Positions 18,672 through 28,165 of a stretch of DNA of 64,000 bases are shown here, piece by piece (the first letter of the stretch is position 1; the number at the start of each line of letters is the position of its first letter). The notes under the pieces are model-generated. The model ran no database searches. It saw nothing but the letters and a program-made list of their open reading frames with translations, and was not told the origin of the DNA. The stretch is from Candidatus Eiseniibacteriota bacterium. Lineage in GTDB: Bacteria > Eisenbacteria > RBG-16-71-46 > CAIMUX01 > VGJL01. The translations under genes and the position numbers were made by a program. Where the stretch lies: assembly GCA_963792585.1 (NCBI GenBank), contig CAWBWI010000001.1:192001-256000 (forward strand), read 5' to 3'.

Positions 18672-20870
18672 TCAACGCAGCAGGACAAGGGAGCGCGAGA
18701 GGCTCACGCCCGCGCCGAGGACGCGGGCCCGATAGATGCCGGCGCTGACGCGATTGCTGCCGTCATCGAGGCCGTCCCAGGCGATGACCTGCTCCCCGGC
18801 GTTGAAACCGCCGTCGCGCAGCGTCCGAATCAGACGTCCGGAAACGTCGTAGATGCCGATCCTGAGGTATGTGGCGCGCTCGAGATCGAAGCGTAATGTT
18901 GTCGTTCCCCGATGCGGATTGGGGGACGCGGAGAGGAGACGGACCCCGGCCGACGAAGTCGCGAGGACCTCTTCGCTCTGCCCGGTGGGCGAAGTTCCGA
19001 GGGCGGTGGGGAGTTGGCCGCGGAGCGAGCTACCAAGCGCGAAGTACTCGTATGCGCCCATGTCCACGATCTCGTTCACATTGCGCGCATACCCGTCGAG
19101 GTCCGTCTCACCCTGATCCGGATCGAACAACGGGTCGACCGCATCCACACACGGCGATCCACCGGTGAGGTGGTACGGGTAGATCGGATCGTTCAGGAAT
19201 GCGGGGGACTGAGGCACGATGTTGTTCGTCCAGGTGAGTGTGCCGTTTCCCCCTTGCCCGCTCACGCCACCCATTCCGCCTTCCACGTCGCACCAGTCGA
19301 CGAGGAGGCTGTATGCTTGGGCCGCCTTGCGATTGAGAGCCATCTCCGCCCCGGCGGGAGCACTGTCATCCCAGAAGATGCTGTTCCGTACGACCGTGCC
19401 GATGCCGGAATCGTATAGCCCCCCGCCTTCGACGGAGGCGGTGTTTCCGACGCTCGTGCAGTTTCGGAACAGCACTTCGCGAGTGGCCGACCCAGTCGCG
19501 GCCAGCACGGCCGCACCGCCGCCGAACCCCTGACCCCCGCCGATCCCGCTCGCCGAGTTACCGTTGAAAAGGCAGTCCAGAACCTGAAGCGGCGGCCCCG
19601 AGGAGCTGTTGTCCCCCAGATAGAAGAGACCGCCCCCCTTGCCGGAGGCGGAGTTCCCCAGGAACTTGCACCGCGTGATCAGCGCGCCTGAGTTCCACGC
19701 GAAGATCCCCCCGCCCCGCTGCCCGGCGTTTCCGATGAGGATGCAATCGCGAACAATCCCCGAAGTCTGCGGCCCCAGGTAGATCGCCCCACCATCGCCC
19801 CCCGGCGCCGAGCCGGCCAGGATCGTGAACCCCGCGAGGATTGACTCGGAGGTCTGCTGCTGGTTCATGCGGAATCCACGGCCCGCCAACGCGCAGTTGA
19901 TGAAGCACGTATCCGGCCCATTCGCGCTCCGAATCGTCAGGGGGAAGTTGGGGAAGTCGATGTCGACGTTCCCCACCCCCGTGTAGGTTCCATCACGGAT
20001 GACGATCTGCCAATACGGCGAAGAGTGATCCACCGCGTCCTGGATCCGGTGGTACGGGCGTTCGTAGGTGCCGTCCTCGGTTTCGTCGATGAAGTCATCT
20101 ACATACAGGACCGGTGGTGGGACGAACGTATAAATGATGTAGGTGGTTGTGTCGTGGTAGTCGTTGGGATCGCTCGTCTCATAGGGAGGTGGAGCGGTTA
20201 CTTCCTCGAGGTCGGTCCGACCGTCGTCGTCCGTGTCCATGTCGTACGGATTCGTGCAATGCACGAACATCTCCTGATAGTCGTTCAGGCCGTCCCCGTC
20301 ATGGTCGAGCGTCTGCAGAACCGAGTCGCTCGGGCGGTTGAGGATCACGAACGAGTGGAGATGCTCGGGCGCGATCGGGACCTCGGGGTGTTCACCGTGG
20401 AAGGACACCAGCAGCCGTCGCATGTCCTCCCCGACGAATGCCTCTTCCGCCGGCAGCTCGACCTGGATCAAGTAGTAGGAGTCGACCTTGGTGATTGCGT
20501 CGGTCTTGAGCCTCACGTGCGCGTTGCCGTTTCCGCCTCCTGGATTCGCCCAGGAGAACTGGAAATCCTGGAGGGGGGGATCCTGGATCGTGGAGCGGAC
20601 CCAGACATGGTAGAAGACGCTCGAGAGGTTGTGGTTTCCGAAGTAGTTCGCACCTTGGTCCATATAGAAGTTGACGAAGTCGGAGCAGGAAACTGTAGAG
20701 GCCGTTCGAGAAGGATCGCGGAAGAGAGACCCCGCGTCCTGACGGGGTCGGTTCGCCTCGTTGCGCAGGTAATAGAGCCCACCTACGTCGGTGGCGAGCG
20801 CTGCGGTTGCGAAGATCTCACCTGCTAGGGTGAGGGAAAATGCTACAAGGATGGGATGAAGTCCTTTCAC
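18672..20870 (-). CDS. Secreted protein: DxDGDGL Ca-binding repeats, right-handed beta-helix, FlgD-Ig CTD
   Basis: AGGAGG RBS + GTG at 20870 and signal peptide. DHDGDGLNDYQE/DTDDDG, IQDAVD...GTYTGxGN, GNxAxxGGG repeats, SPCVDA...DMGAYE, CTD. Confidence 0.8.
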   Translation of the reverse strand: MKGLHPILVAFSLTLAGEIFATAALATDVGGLYYLRNEANRPRQDAGSLFRDPSRTASTVSCSDFVNFYMDQGANYFGNHNLSSVFYHVWVRSTIQDPPLQDFQFSWANPGGGNGNAHVRLKTDAITKVDSYYLIQVELPAEEAFVGEDMRRLLVSFHGEHPEVPIAPEHLHSFVILNRPSDSVLQTLDHDGDGLNDYQEMFVHCTNPYDMDTDDDGRTDLEEVTAPPPYETSDPNDYHDTTTYIIYTFVPPPVLYVDDFIDETEDGTYERPYHRIQDAVDHSSPYWQIVIRDGTYTGVGNVDIDFPNFPLTIRSANGPDTCFINCALAGRGFRMNQQQTSESILAGFTILAGSAPGGDGGAIYLGPQTSGIVRDCILIGNAGQRGGGIFAWNSGALITRCKFLGNSASGKGGGLFYLGDNSSSGPPLQVLDCLFNGNSASGIGGGQGFGGGAAVLAATGSATREVLFRNCTSVGNTASVEGGGLYDSGIGTVVRNSIFWDDSAPAGAEMALNRKAAQAYSLLVDWCDVEGGMGGVSGQGGNGTLTWTNNIVPQSPAFLNDPIYPYHLTGGSPCVDAVDPLFDPDQGETDLDGYARNVNEIVDMGAYEYFALGSSLRGQLPTALGTSPTGQSEEVLATSSAGVRLLSASPNPHRGTTTLRFDLERATYLRIGIYDVSGRLIRTLRDGGFNAGEQVIAWDGLDDGSNRVSAGIYRARVLGAGVSLSRSLVLLR

Positions 20871-21447
20871 CGTGACACCTCCTGTGATGGGACGGGGGGT
20901 CAGTTCAACCAAGCTCCAGAGGATCACGCGGGCCGGAGAGGGGCTGGGTACAGGGACCGCACCCACCGCGGGGTTTCCCAGCCGGCGTCCCTCGGCCGGC
21001 CGCGCCGCATCCTAAGGCTCGGCGCGGAACAGACAGAATGTGATCTAGCTCGCGAGCGCAGATCCGAAGCGCGCTCGACTGCTTCCGAGAGCAATCACCA
21101 TGCCACGCACGCTGAACCGGGAGTCCGCTTTGGACGCGGGATTCCGCGCTGATCGCGGATCGGATCGCACGGAATTGTGCGATTTCGCACATGGGGTGTT
21201 CGCGATCGCACGCGGCTCCGTCCAATGGCCGGACGCTCTTGGTCGTCTGCTCGGGTGGAGGTCTGGGACGCGTTCAACGATTCGTGATGGCACGGGTCCT
21301 ACGCCCGCTCACCCCGCTCACCCAAGCCCTACACGCCCGGCCCGCGCTCGTGGTACAATCCATGCGCCTTCGATCACGCGGATTCGATGGAGAGGAGTCT
21401 TCCTGTGAGAACCGCGATGGGCGGGACGGTGATTGCGAGGTGGTGAC

Positions 21448-24049
21448 ATGAGCCGACGCAGATCCGAACCGCGAGTGATGATTACTGAGCGGCTCGGTTC
21501 ATATCTCATTCTGTCTGTCCTATGCCTCTCGCTCCTTTGTCTCCACATCCATCACGCCCATGCAGGGGCTCTCCCGTTTCAGAACCTCGAGTGCCCGCTT
21601 CTTGTCGGAAGCACGGATGTCGAGTCCATTGACATCGGAGGAGATGGGATTACCGACTTCGTGTGCGTGGGTAGGTTCGTCTTTGCGGGAGCGACACGAC
21701 TCGACAGCCCCATACCGCCGATCACCGAGATGGTCCACGTCATCATCCGCAACCGCGGGGGGGAGTGGCGGTCCGCGCAGTCATTTTCCGCCAACGGGAA
21801 CGTGGAGAGCCTCTGCGTGTCCGATATGAACGACGACGGACTCGACGACCTGCTCCTGGTAACGCGGGTCTACCCGATCCTCACGCTTGCCTGCTACCTG
21901 CAGGCGCCCGACGGCACGCTCGTACCGGGTGCAGACATGATCCTCTCAGGAGAGGATCGGACCCGCTACCCTTTGCCGATCGGAGACCACTCCGGCAGGG
22001 TTCTCGTTCTCAACACGGGGTTCTCTGCCCAGGAACCGGCGCTCGTCGGGGAGCTCCTCCAGTTCGAGCCGGCAAACGGCTTCCGGAGTCTGTGGACGGA
22101 TTCCCTTCGGGCGAGCTTCGGGTGGCTGCGCGCGGACACCGCCGACATCCTTCCCACGCAATCGGGTGGGATCGTGATCACGACGGGGAGCATGCCATTA
22201 GGAATCTGCGTCGGCATCCCGATGGGGTCCGATGGATGGGGCGAGCCGTTTCAGCTTCCCTTGCAGTATCGTGACGCGGACGAGCTCCTGATCCTGGAAC
22301 GCAACGGCCGAAGCGAGGCATGGTGCTGGCTCGCCTCCTCCATCGACACCCTGCGGATGATGTCTCTCGTAGGGGACGGCGAAGGGCTCGAGGTGACGGC
22401 GATGCCGATCGCCGGCATGAGCCCGGATTCGCTGACCAACACGTTCAACGGGGCATGCGCGCGGGACTCGTCTGCCTACTTCTGGTACACGTGGAATGAC
22501 ATCGCTGAGCAGTCCTTCGTGAGCGTGATCGAAGTGTCGCCGACGAACGACGTGTCGGTGGTGTCCCGCTGGCCGAAACCGCCTGGGAGTGCGCTCCGCA
22601 TGGCACTTCGCGCCGACGCTGAACCCGAACTGGTGTGGGCAGGGCAGGGAGGCAATCTCACGGTGCCGGTCCTGACCGGACCGCCCGGCCGGGCGCCGGA
22701 TCGCGCGATCCCCATACAGGGATCGCTAGCCTGCGCCGACTTCAATGGCGACGGATTCCCCGATGTCGTGACGGAGGCCAATTCGGCGGGCATTCCCGAC
22801 ACGATCCAGCTGCTCATGGGGCTGGGTCGATCTCCATGGTTCGGGGATGCGGCCGCGATCGGCGCCTTCGATTACGTCGGGGGTGGTTGCGCCGCCGATC
22901 TGGACGGCGACGGCGACACGGATGTGGTGCTGGCGGCCCTGGACTACACGGATTCGTCCACGTCGTTCGTCCCGGCATTCTGGGACGGCGCGTCGCTGCG
23001 ATGCCGGGAGGATCGCAAAGTCGCCGCTTGGAGCCGGGTCGAAAAGTTCTACATCGGGGACTTTGACCGGGATTCCCGCCCCGAGGTCCTCGGGGTGTGG
23101 ACGAACCTGGCGGCGTTGTTCGAGTGGACCCCGGACCAGCAGCCGCTCCCGCGTGTCAACATCCGGATGCCCGACCACACCAAGGTGGTTGGCGTCGGCG
23201 ATCTGGACGGCGAGCAGGGTGAGGAGATCGTCACGACCAGCCGGATCTCCTCTTCGAAGGTCAGCCTCGAGGTGAGGAAGTTCGATCCCGCCGCGGGCGC
23301 GCTCTCCGAGCCCCTGGCGAGCTGGGAAGCTGCCGATGGTTTCGGATTGGTGGCAGACCTCGACGGCAGGGGCGAACCGGGCGTTTGCTGGTTCGGCCGG
23401 GAGAGCGTGGAGTACGTGAGACTCGAGCGCCCGAGCGCGCGGCCCGTGGGCCGTATCTCTCTACCGCTCCCCTTGCTCTGGGGTTACGCGGAGGCTTCCG
23501 CGCGGGACATCGACGCCGATGGTCGGACGGATATCGTCATTCAGGGAGTCGGGGCACAGGGACGCTTCGAGGTGATTCTGGATCCGCTGGGAGAGCCCCT
23601 GGACCGGGTTCTCACGTTCGATGATGAGCCGGCGCTCCATCGCGCTGTTTCCATCCAGGTCCCTGGTTGGGTGGATCTGGATCGGGATGGCGATCTGGAC
23701 CTGGTGGCTGCCCGCGAAGATGGTTTCTACGTCATGCCCAACGAGGCTTTGAAATTCTGGAGACGAAGCGCCACGCCTGCTGTGGGTGCGCCCGACGTCG
23801 TCGAACCCATGTCGAGACGCGGTGCGCTTCGCAGTACGGCTCGATGCGGGAGGCGCTCTCTCCGTCGAGATGTTCGACGCGGTGGGTCGGAGGGTTTGGC
23901 AGGAGAGCCGTGGGGCTCCGGCGGACCATTGGCTAGAGATCCGGGCCGATCGGCGAGCAGGGCGGAGGCCCCTTCCCTCGGGGGTTTACTTGCTTCGCTT
24001 CGGGGTGAACGGCAAATCCGACGTGCGCCGTGTTGTCTTCGTGGACTAG
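21448..24049 (+). CDS. Secreted FG-GAP/VCBS repeat protein with CTD; +1 frameshift near 23752
   Basis: Many DxxGDG motifs. The CTD (NPCR...FDAVGRRV...LPSGVYLLR) lies in the +1 frame and ends at 24049. Confidence 0.72.
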
Positions 24050-24295
24050 GGAACCTCCTCACCGAGATTGCGAGTCGGCGCCGCGATGACCGATCCACGG
24101 ATGCGTGAAGAAAGGGTGTTGGATCGGGCATGGCCACGATCTGAAGAATTTCTCCGTGGATGCGCGGCGCTGCCAGCCCGGGACCCTGCAATCATCTGCT
24201 GAGGCGGCAGATCCCTGGGTCAGCCTTCTTGTGCGGCGACCAGGAAGAGAGCGAGCTTCCTCCACTACATATGCGCCTACCGCCCCTCGCGGGAG

Positions 24296-24499
24296 TATAC
24301 TCATTCCGCCTTCAACTACGCGGACGCGACCGGAACGGCATTCACCGTGAGAGCCGCGAGCTTGATCCCGCTGATTTCCGATGAGTCCGAGCAGCGGAAC
24401 GGGTGATCGTCCGTTCACCCGAGATCACCAATCCGCTTGAACGCTTGGCGTCCTGCTGCTGCTAGGAGGCGACTGGGACAAAGGGAAAGGGGCCGCCCG
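24296..24499 (+). promoter_or_regulatory. -10 box (TATACT) plus conserved ~196-nt 5' leader, copy 1
   Basis: Near-identical to 27962-28165; conservation starts just after the -10-like hexamer. Confidence 0.6.
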
Positions 24500-27400
24500 A
24501 TGAAGAATCAAGGGTCGTTGCGGATCGGATGCCTCTGTTTGGGTCTCTGCTTGATCTTCGTGATGCTCTGCCCGGCAGTTGGAATTGCCGGCTCGCCGAC
24601 GCTTGCGACCACTCATCGCGGAAGCGGGCCGCCGGCGGTGTTGCTCGGGGATAGGGATGGATGGTGGGACGAGCCTCCGGACCTCAACGGAGTGGCGCTG
24701 AGCTCGGAGATCGTCTCCATGTTTGGGTTCGAGACCGAAGTCGCAAACGACTTCCATTCTTCAGCGCAAACAACCATCTTTGAGGCCGTGTGGTGGGGAG
24801 CATACTACAACGACGATGGAACCGGTCCAAACGTCACTGCATTCAACTTACGATTCTACGATGACGCGGGTGGCGTTCCGGGCTCCATCGTAGCCGAGTA
24901 TCTCGAGTCTGTCCCGACGGACACGTTCACCGTAGGTCAGGGCATCGAGGGACCCGTCTACGAGTACCATGCTGCCGTGTCGGCCAATATCGGAGAGGGA
25001 ACATACTGGTTCTCGGTCCAAGCATGCGACCACGTGTTCCCGCAATGGGGTCGCCTTTCAGCGGGCCATGTGACCGGCTACGAGTCTACGTTCCGTTCGG
25101 AGTACTTCGGGTACCCAAACTGGACTCGTAGTGTGGATGTTTTTGGAGTCGCCATGGACGCGAGTCAGCGGTTCTATACAGATCCACCGATTCCCGGAGC
25201 GTGTTGCTTCGTCGATCTGCATTGCGCGTCACTCGTGTCGCAGAATTGCATGCAGCTCGGGGGTGTATTCCAGGGACCCGGGATCCCCTGTGACCCGAAT
25301 CCTTGCCCGTCCATTCCGATGGCATGCTGTTTCCCCGAAGGGCATTGCGAGCTATTGCCTCAGGCTGCCTGCGATGAAGTCGGGGGGTCATCGGGTATCG
25401 GATTGAGCTGTGACCCAAACCCCTGTCCCCCCCCATCGATGGCATGCTGCTTGCCGGATGGGACCTGTGATTTCATCAGCGAGAGCCGTTGCCGATCGCG
25501 GGGTGGAACGCCCCTCGGATACCCGAGCACCTGTGATCAAGCTTCCTGTCCGCAAGGCGGCGCATGCTGCAATCCAGCAACAGGACACTGCATGGTGGTA
25601 ACCGAAGACCTGTGCACGTCTCCGAGTGTCTGGATGGGTGTGGAAACGACCTGCGATCCGAATCCGTGCCCTCAGCCAACCGGTGCATGCTGCAATCCGA
25701 CCACGGGCGAGTGCATCGTGACCATGCAAGCGGACTGCAGCCACGACTGGCAAGGCGCGTGGACGACCTGTGCGCCGAATCCTTGTCCGCCGCCGACCGG
25801 CGCGTGCTGCAATCCGACCACGGGCGACTGCGCTGTGACAGCGCAGTCGAGTTGTGGCTACAACTGGCACGGGGTGGGGACGACGTGCACGCCGAATCCC
25901 TGTCCACAGCCAGGCGGCACAACCTACTACGTGCGCACCGACGGAGGCGGACCCTCGCCACCCTATTTCCCGACGATCCAGGCGGCGATCGACTACGTCA
26001 ACCTTGAGACCGGAGACGTGATCGAGCTGATCGGCACACCCTTCACCGGCGTGGGGAACTGCAACGTGAACTTCAACGGAAAGTTGGTCACGGTCCGATC
26101 CCAGGGGGGCGACCCCGATCAGTGCGTCATCGACTGCGGGGGAACCCACGGATTCGTCTTCCAGTCCGGGGAAGACAACCGAGCCGTGCTCGAAGCAATC
26201 ACGATATCCGGCGGATATATGGAGTCCGGGCACGGCGGCGGAATCAACATCTCCTCCTCCTCACCGTGGATCAAGGCCTGCAAGATCATCCACTTCACGA
26301 TCGACCATCAAAGCCGGGGTGGAGGCGTCTACTGCGGTGCCTCGGCCTCTCCCCTATTGACCGACTGCACGATCTCGGACTGCACCTTGGGAAGTAGTCG
26401 GTATCCGGTAGGACTCGGTGGGGCGGGGATCTATAGCGACGAATCGTCGATCCTGACGATGCGGAACTGCGTTGTCACCGGCAACTACGTGTACTCAAAT
26501 GCAAACGCAATCGGGGGTGGCATCGCCTGCTATGACGGAGATATCTCCGGATGCACCATCGACTCCAACCATGCGCTTTACGGTGGTGGGATCTACTGTG
26601 CGGCGGGAGTCATCGCGGGTTGCGACATTCGAGGCAACAGAGGGGGTATGGGTGCGGGAGGAGTGCAGGCCGGCTTCAATACGACGATTCAGGACTGCGT
26701 GATCGCCGACAATCACGGTGACGTCGGTGGAGTCGTGGGGGACAGCCTGACGATCGCAGGTTGCACGATCAGCGGTAACCGCGGCAGCCCGGGTGGGATC
26801 CGGGGAAGCAATCTCCAAGTCAACGACTGTGTCATCACGGGCAATATGGGCTACTCTGCCGCCGGGGGGATTGAGGTCGCGAGTTCGAGCATCATCAGCT
26901 GCACCATCAGCAGCAACTGCTCGGACAACGAGAATGGGACGGGGGGGCTGTCCGGAACCGATACGCAGGTGAGCCAGACCGTCCTTTGGGGGAACACGAA
27001 CCCAAGCAACCCGCTGGGCCACGAGTCGGTCGGCGAGAACCTGACCCTCAGCTGCTGCGATTTCGATCCATTAGGCATGAGCGGCAGCATCACCTATCTC
27101 GGTCCGCAGATGTACGCGGACCCCTTGTTTTGTGCTCCTGAATCATGCGAACCCCCACCCGAGGGAGGGGACTACACCGTCCGATCCGACTCCCCCTGCC
27201 TGCCCCAAGGCAACTACTGCGATCTCTTGATCGGAGCGCTCGGCCAGGGGTGTCTTGCCCCCGCAGGCATCGAGGATCACGTGGTTGAGGCGACGCTCGG
27301 TCTGATGCCGGGGAGGCCCAATCCGTTCGCCGATCAGACGATGATCGTGTTTGGTCTCGCGAAGGAAGCAGTGATCGATCTCGCAATCTACGATGTGAGC

Positions 27401-27571
27401 GGCCGGTGCGTGCGACGGCTCACTTCGAGAACGCAGTATGCGGCCGGAGTTCATCAGATGATCTGGAAGCGCAACGACGACGCAGGACGAATCCTCCCCT
27501 CAGGCGTTTATGTCTGTCGGCTTCGTATGGGGGGAGAGGTGCAATCGAGCCGTCTGATCGTGCTGCACTGA
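24500..27571 (+). CDS. Modular secreted protein A: WWDEPPDLNG domain, 6 Cys repeats, beta-helix, FlgD-Ig CTD
   Basis: Signal peptide, ANDF...WWG...YWFSVQA domain, ACC...PNPC repeats, TIQAAID plus GGGI repeats, SPCLP...IGA, CTD. Confidence 0.85.
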   Translation: MKNQGSLRIGCLCLGLCLIFVMLCPAVGIAGSPTLATTHRGSGPPAVLLGDRDGWWDEPPDLNGVALSSEIVSMFGFETEVANDFHSSAQTTIFEAVWWGAYYNDDGTGPNVTAFNLRFYDDAGGVPGSIVAEYLESVPTDTFTVGQGIEGPVYEYHAAVSANIGEGTYWFSVQACDHVFPQWGRLSAGHVTGYESTFRSEYFGYPNWTRSVDVFGVAMDASQRFYTDPPIPGACCFVDLHCASLVSQNCMQLGGVFQGPGIPCDPNPCPSIPMACCFPEGHCELLPQAACDEVGGSSGIGLSCDPNPCPPPSMACCLPDGTCDFISESRCRSRGGTPLGYPSTCDQASCPQGGACCNPATGHCMVVTEDLCTSPSVWMGVETTCDPNPCPQPTGACCNPTTGECIVTMQADCSHDWQGAWTTCAPNPCPPPTGACCNPTTGDCAVTAQSSCGYNWHGVGTTCTPNPCPQPGGTTYYVRTDGGGPSPPYFPTIQAAIDYVNLETGDVIELIGTPFTGVGNCNVNFNGKLVTVRSQGGDPDQCVIDCGGTHGFVFQSGEDNRAVLEAITISGGYMESGHGGGINISSSSPWIKACKIIHFTIDHQSRGGGVYCGASASPLLTDCTISDCTLGSSRYPVGLGGAGIYSDESSILTMRNCVVTGNYVYSNANAIGGGIACYDGDISGCTIDSNHALYGGGIYCAAGVIAGCDIRGNRGGMGAGGVQAGFNTTIQDCVIADNHGDVGGVVGDSLTIAGCTISGNRGSPGGIRGSNLQVNDCVITGNMGYSAAGGIEVASSSIISCTISSNCSDNENGTGGLSGTDTQVSQTVLWGNTNPSNPLGHESVGENLTLSCCDFDPLGMSGSITYLGPQMYADPLFCAPESCEPPPEGGDYTVRSDSPCLPQGNYCDLLIGALGQGCLAPAGIEDHVVEATLGLMPGRPNPFADQTMIVFGLAKEAVIDLAIYDVSGRCVRRLTSRTQYAAGVHQMIWKRNDDAGRILPSGVYVCRLRMGGEVQSSRLIVLH

Positions 27572-27587
27572 TACGGGACGACTCTGA

Positions 27588-27641
27588 GTCGAACCTCAGC
27601 GTCACGGGGGCGATCTTCTCTCTGCCACGAGAGGGGATCGC
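27588..27641 (+). repeat. Conserved 3' hairpin element, copy 3
   Basis: GGGGCGATCTTCTCTC-TGCCAC-GAGAGGGGATCGC, core 39 nt after the stop. Confidence 0.7.
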
Positions 27642-27958
27642 TCCTTTGCTTCATGCCAAGCCGCATGATCGTGATCCATCAGGGTTGGCACCTGAGTGCG
27701 GGGTGTCGAACCTGGAGAGTTGTTAGTAGACTGTCCTCTCCAGGGAGCCGAGATCGAATCGATCCACGGCTTCGCGAGTCGGGCTTGTTGGAGCGGTGAG
27801 GTCACAGTCGGAAGTCTTTCACCATAGTGTGCCGGCCGCAAGTTCAGGCCCCAGCAATCATCGAGTGCGACGGCAGATCCGGGACTACGCCTCCTCTGGT
27901 GGCGCCCAGGAAGAGAACAGGCTTCCATCACTTCGTTGGCGCCCGTCACCACCGGCAG

Positions 27959-28165
27959 TGATATAATCTTTCCGCCTTCAACTACGCGGATGCGACCGGA
28001 ACGGCACTTACCGTGAGAGCCGCGAGCTTGATCCCGTTGATTTCCGATGAGTCCGAGCAGCGGAACGGGTGATCGTCCGTTCACCCGAGATCACCAATCC
28101 GCTTGAACGCTTGGCGTCATGCTGCTGCTCGGAGGCGACTGGGACAAACGGAAAGGGGCCGCCCG
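27959..28165 (+). promoter_or_regulatory. Extended -10 promoter (TGaTATAAT) plus conserved 5' leader, copy 2
   Basis: TG-A-TATAAT at 27959-27967; the leader matches 24304-24499 with 7 substitutions by my count. Confidence 0.65.

Noticed and set aside
23747..23752. CTT-TGA prfB-like programmed frameshift motif
   Set aside because: It lies in the destination frame rather than the translated frame, so it cannot drive the shift
24376..24405. CCGATGAGTCCG...CGGA resembles a hammerhead ribozyme core
   Set aside because: CUGA is CCGA here and the required GAAA after stem II is absent
24059..24418. Duplicated minus-strand ORFs MNGRSPVPLLG (also 27602-28084)
   Set aside because: Similarity is confined to the duplicated leader; better explained as non-coding
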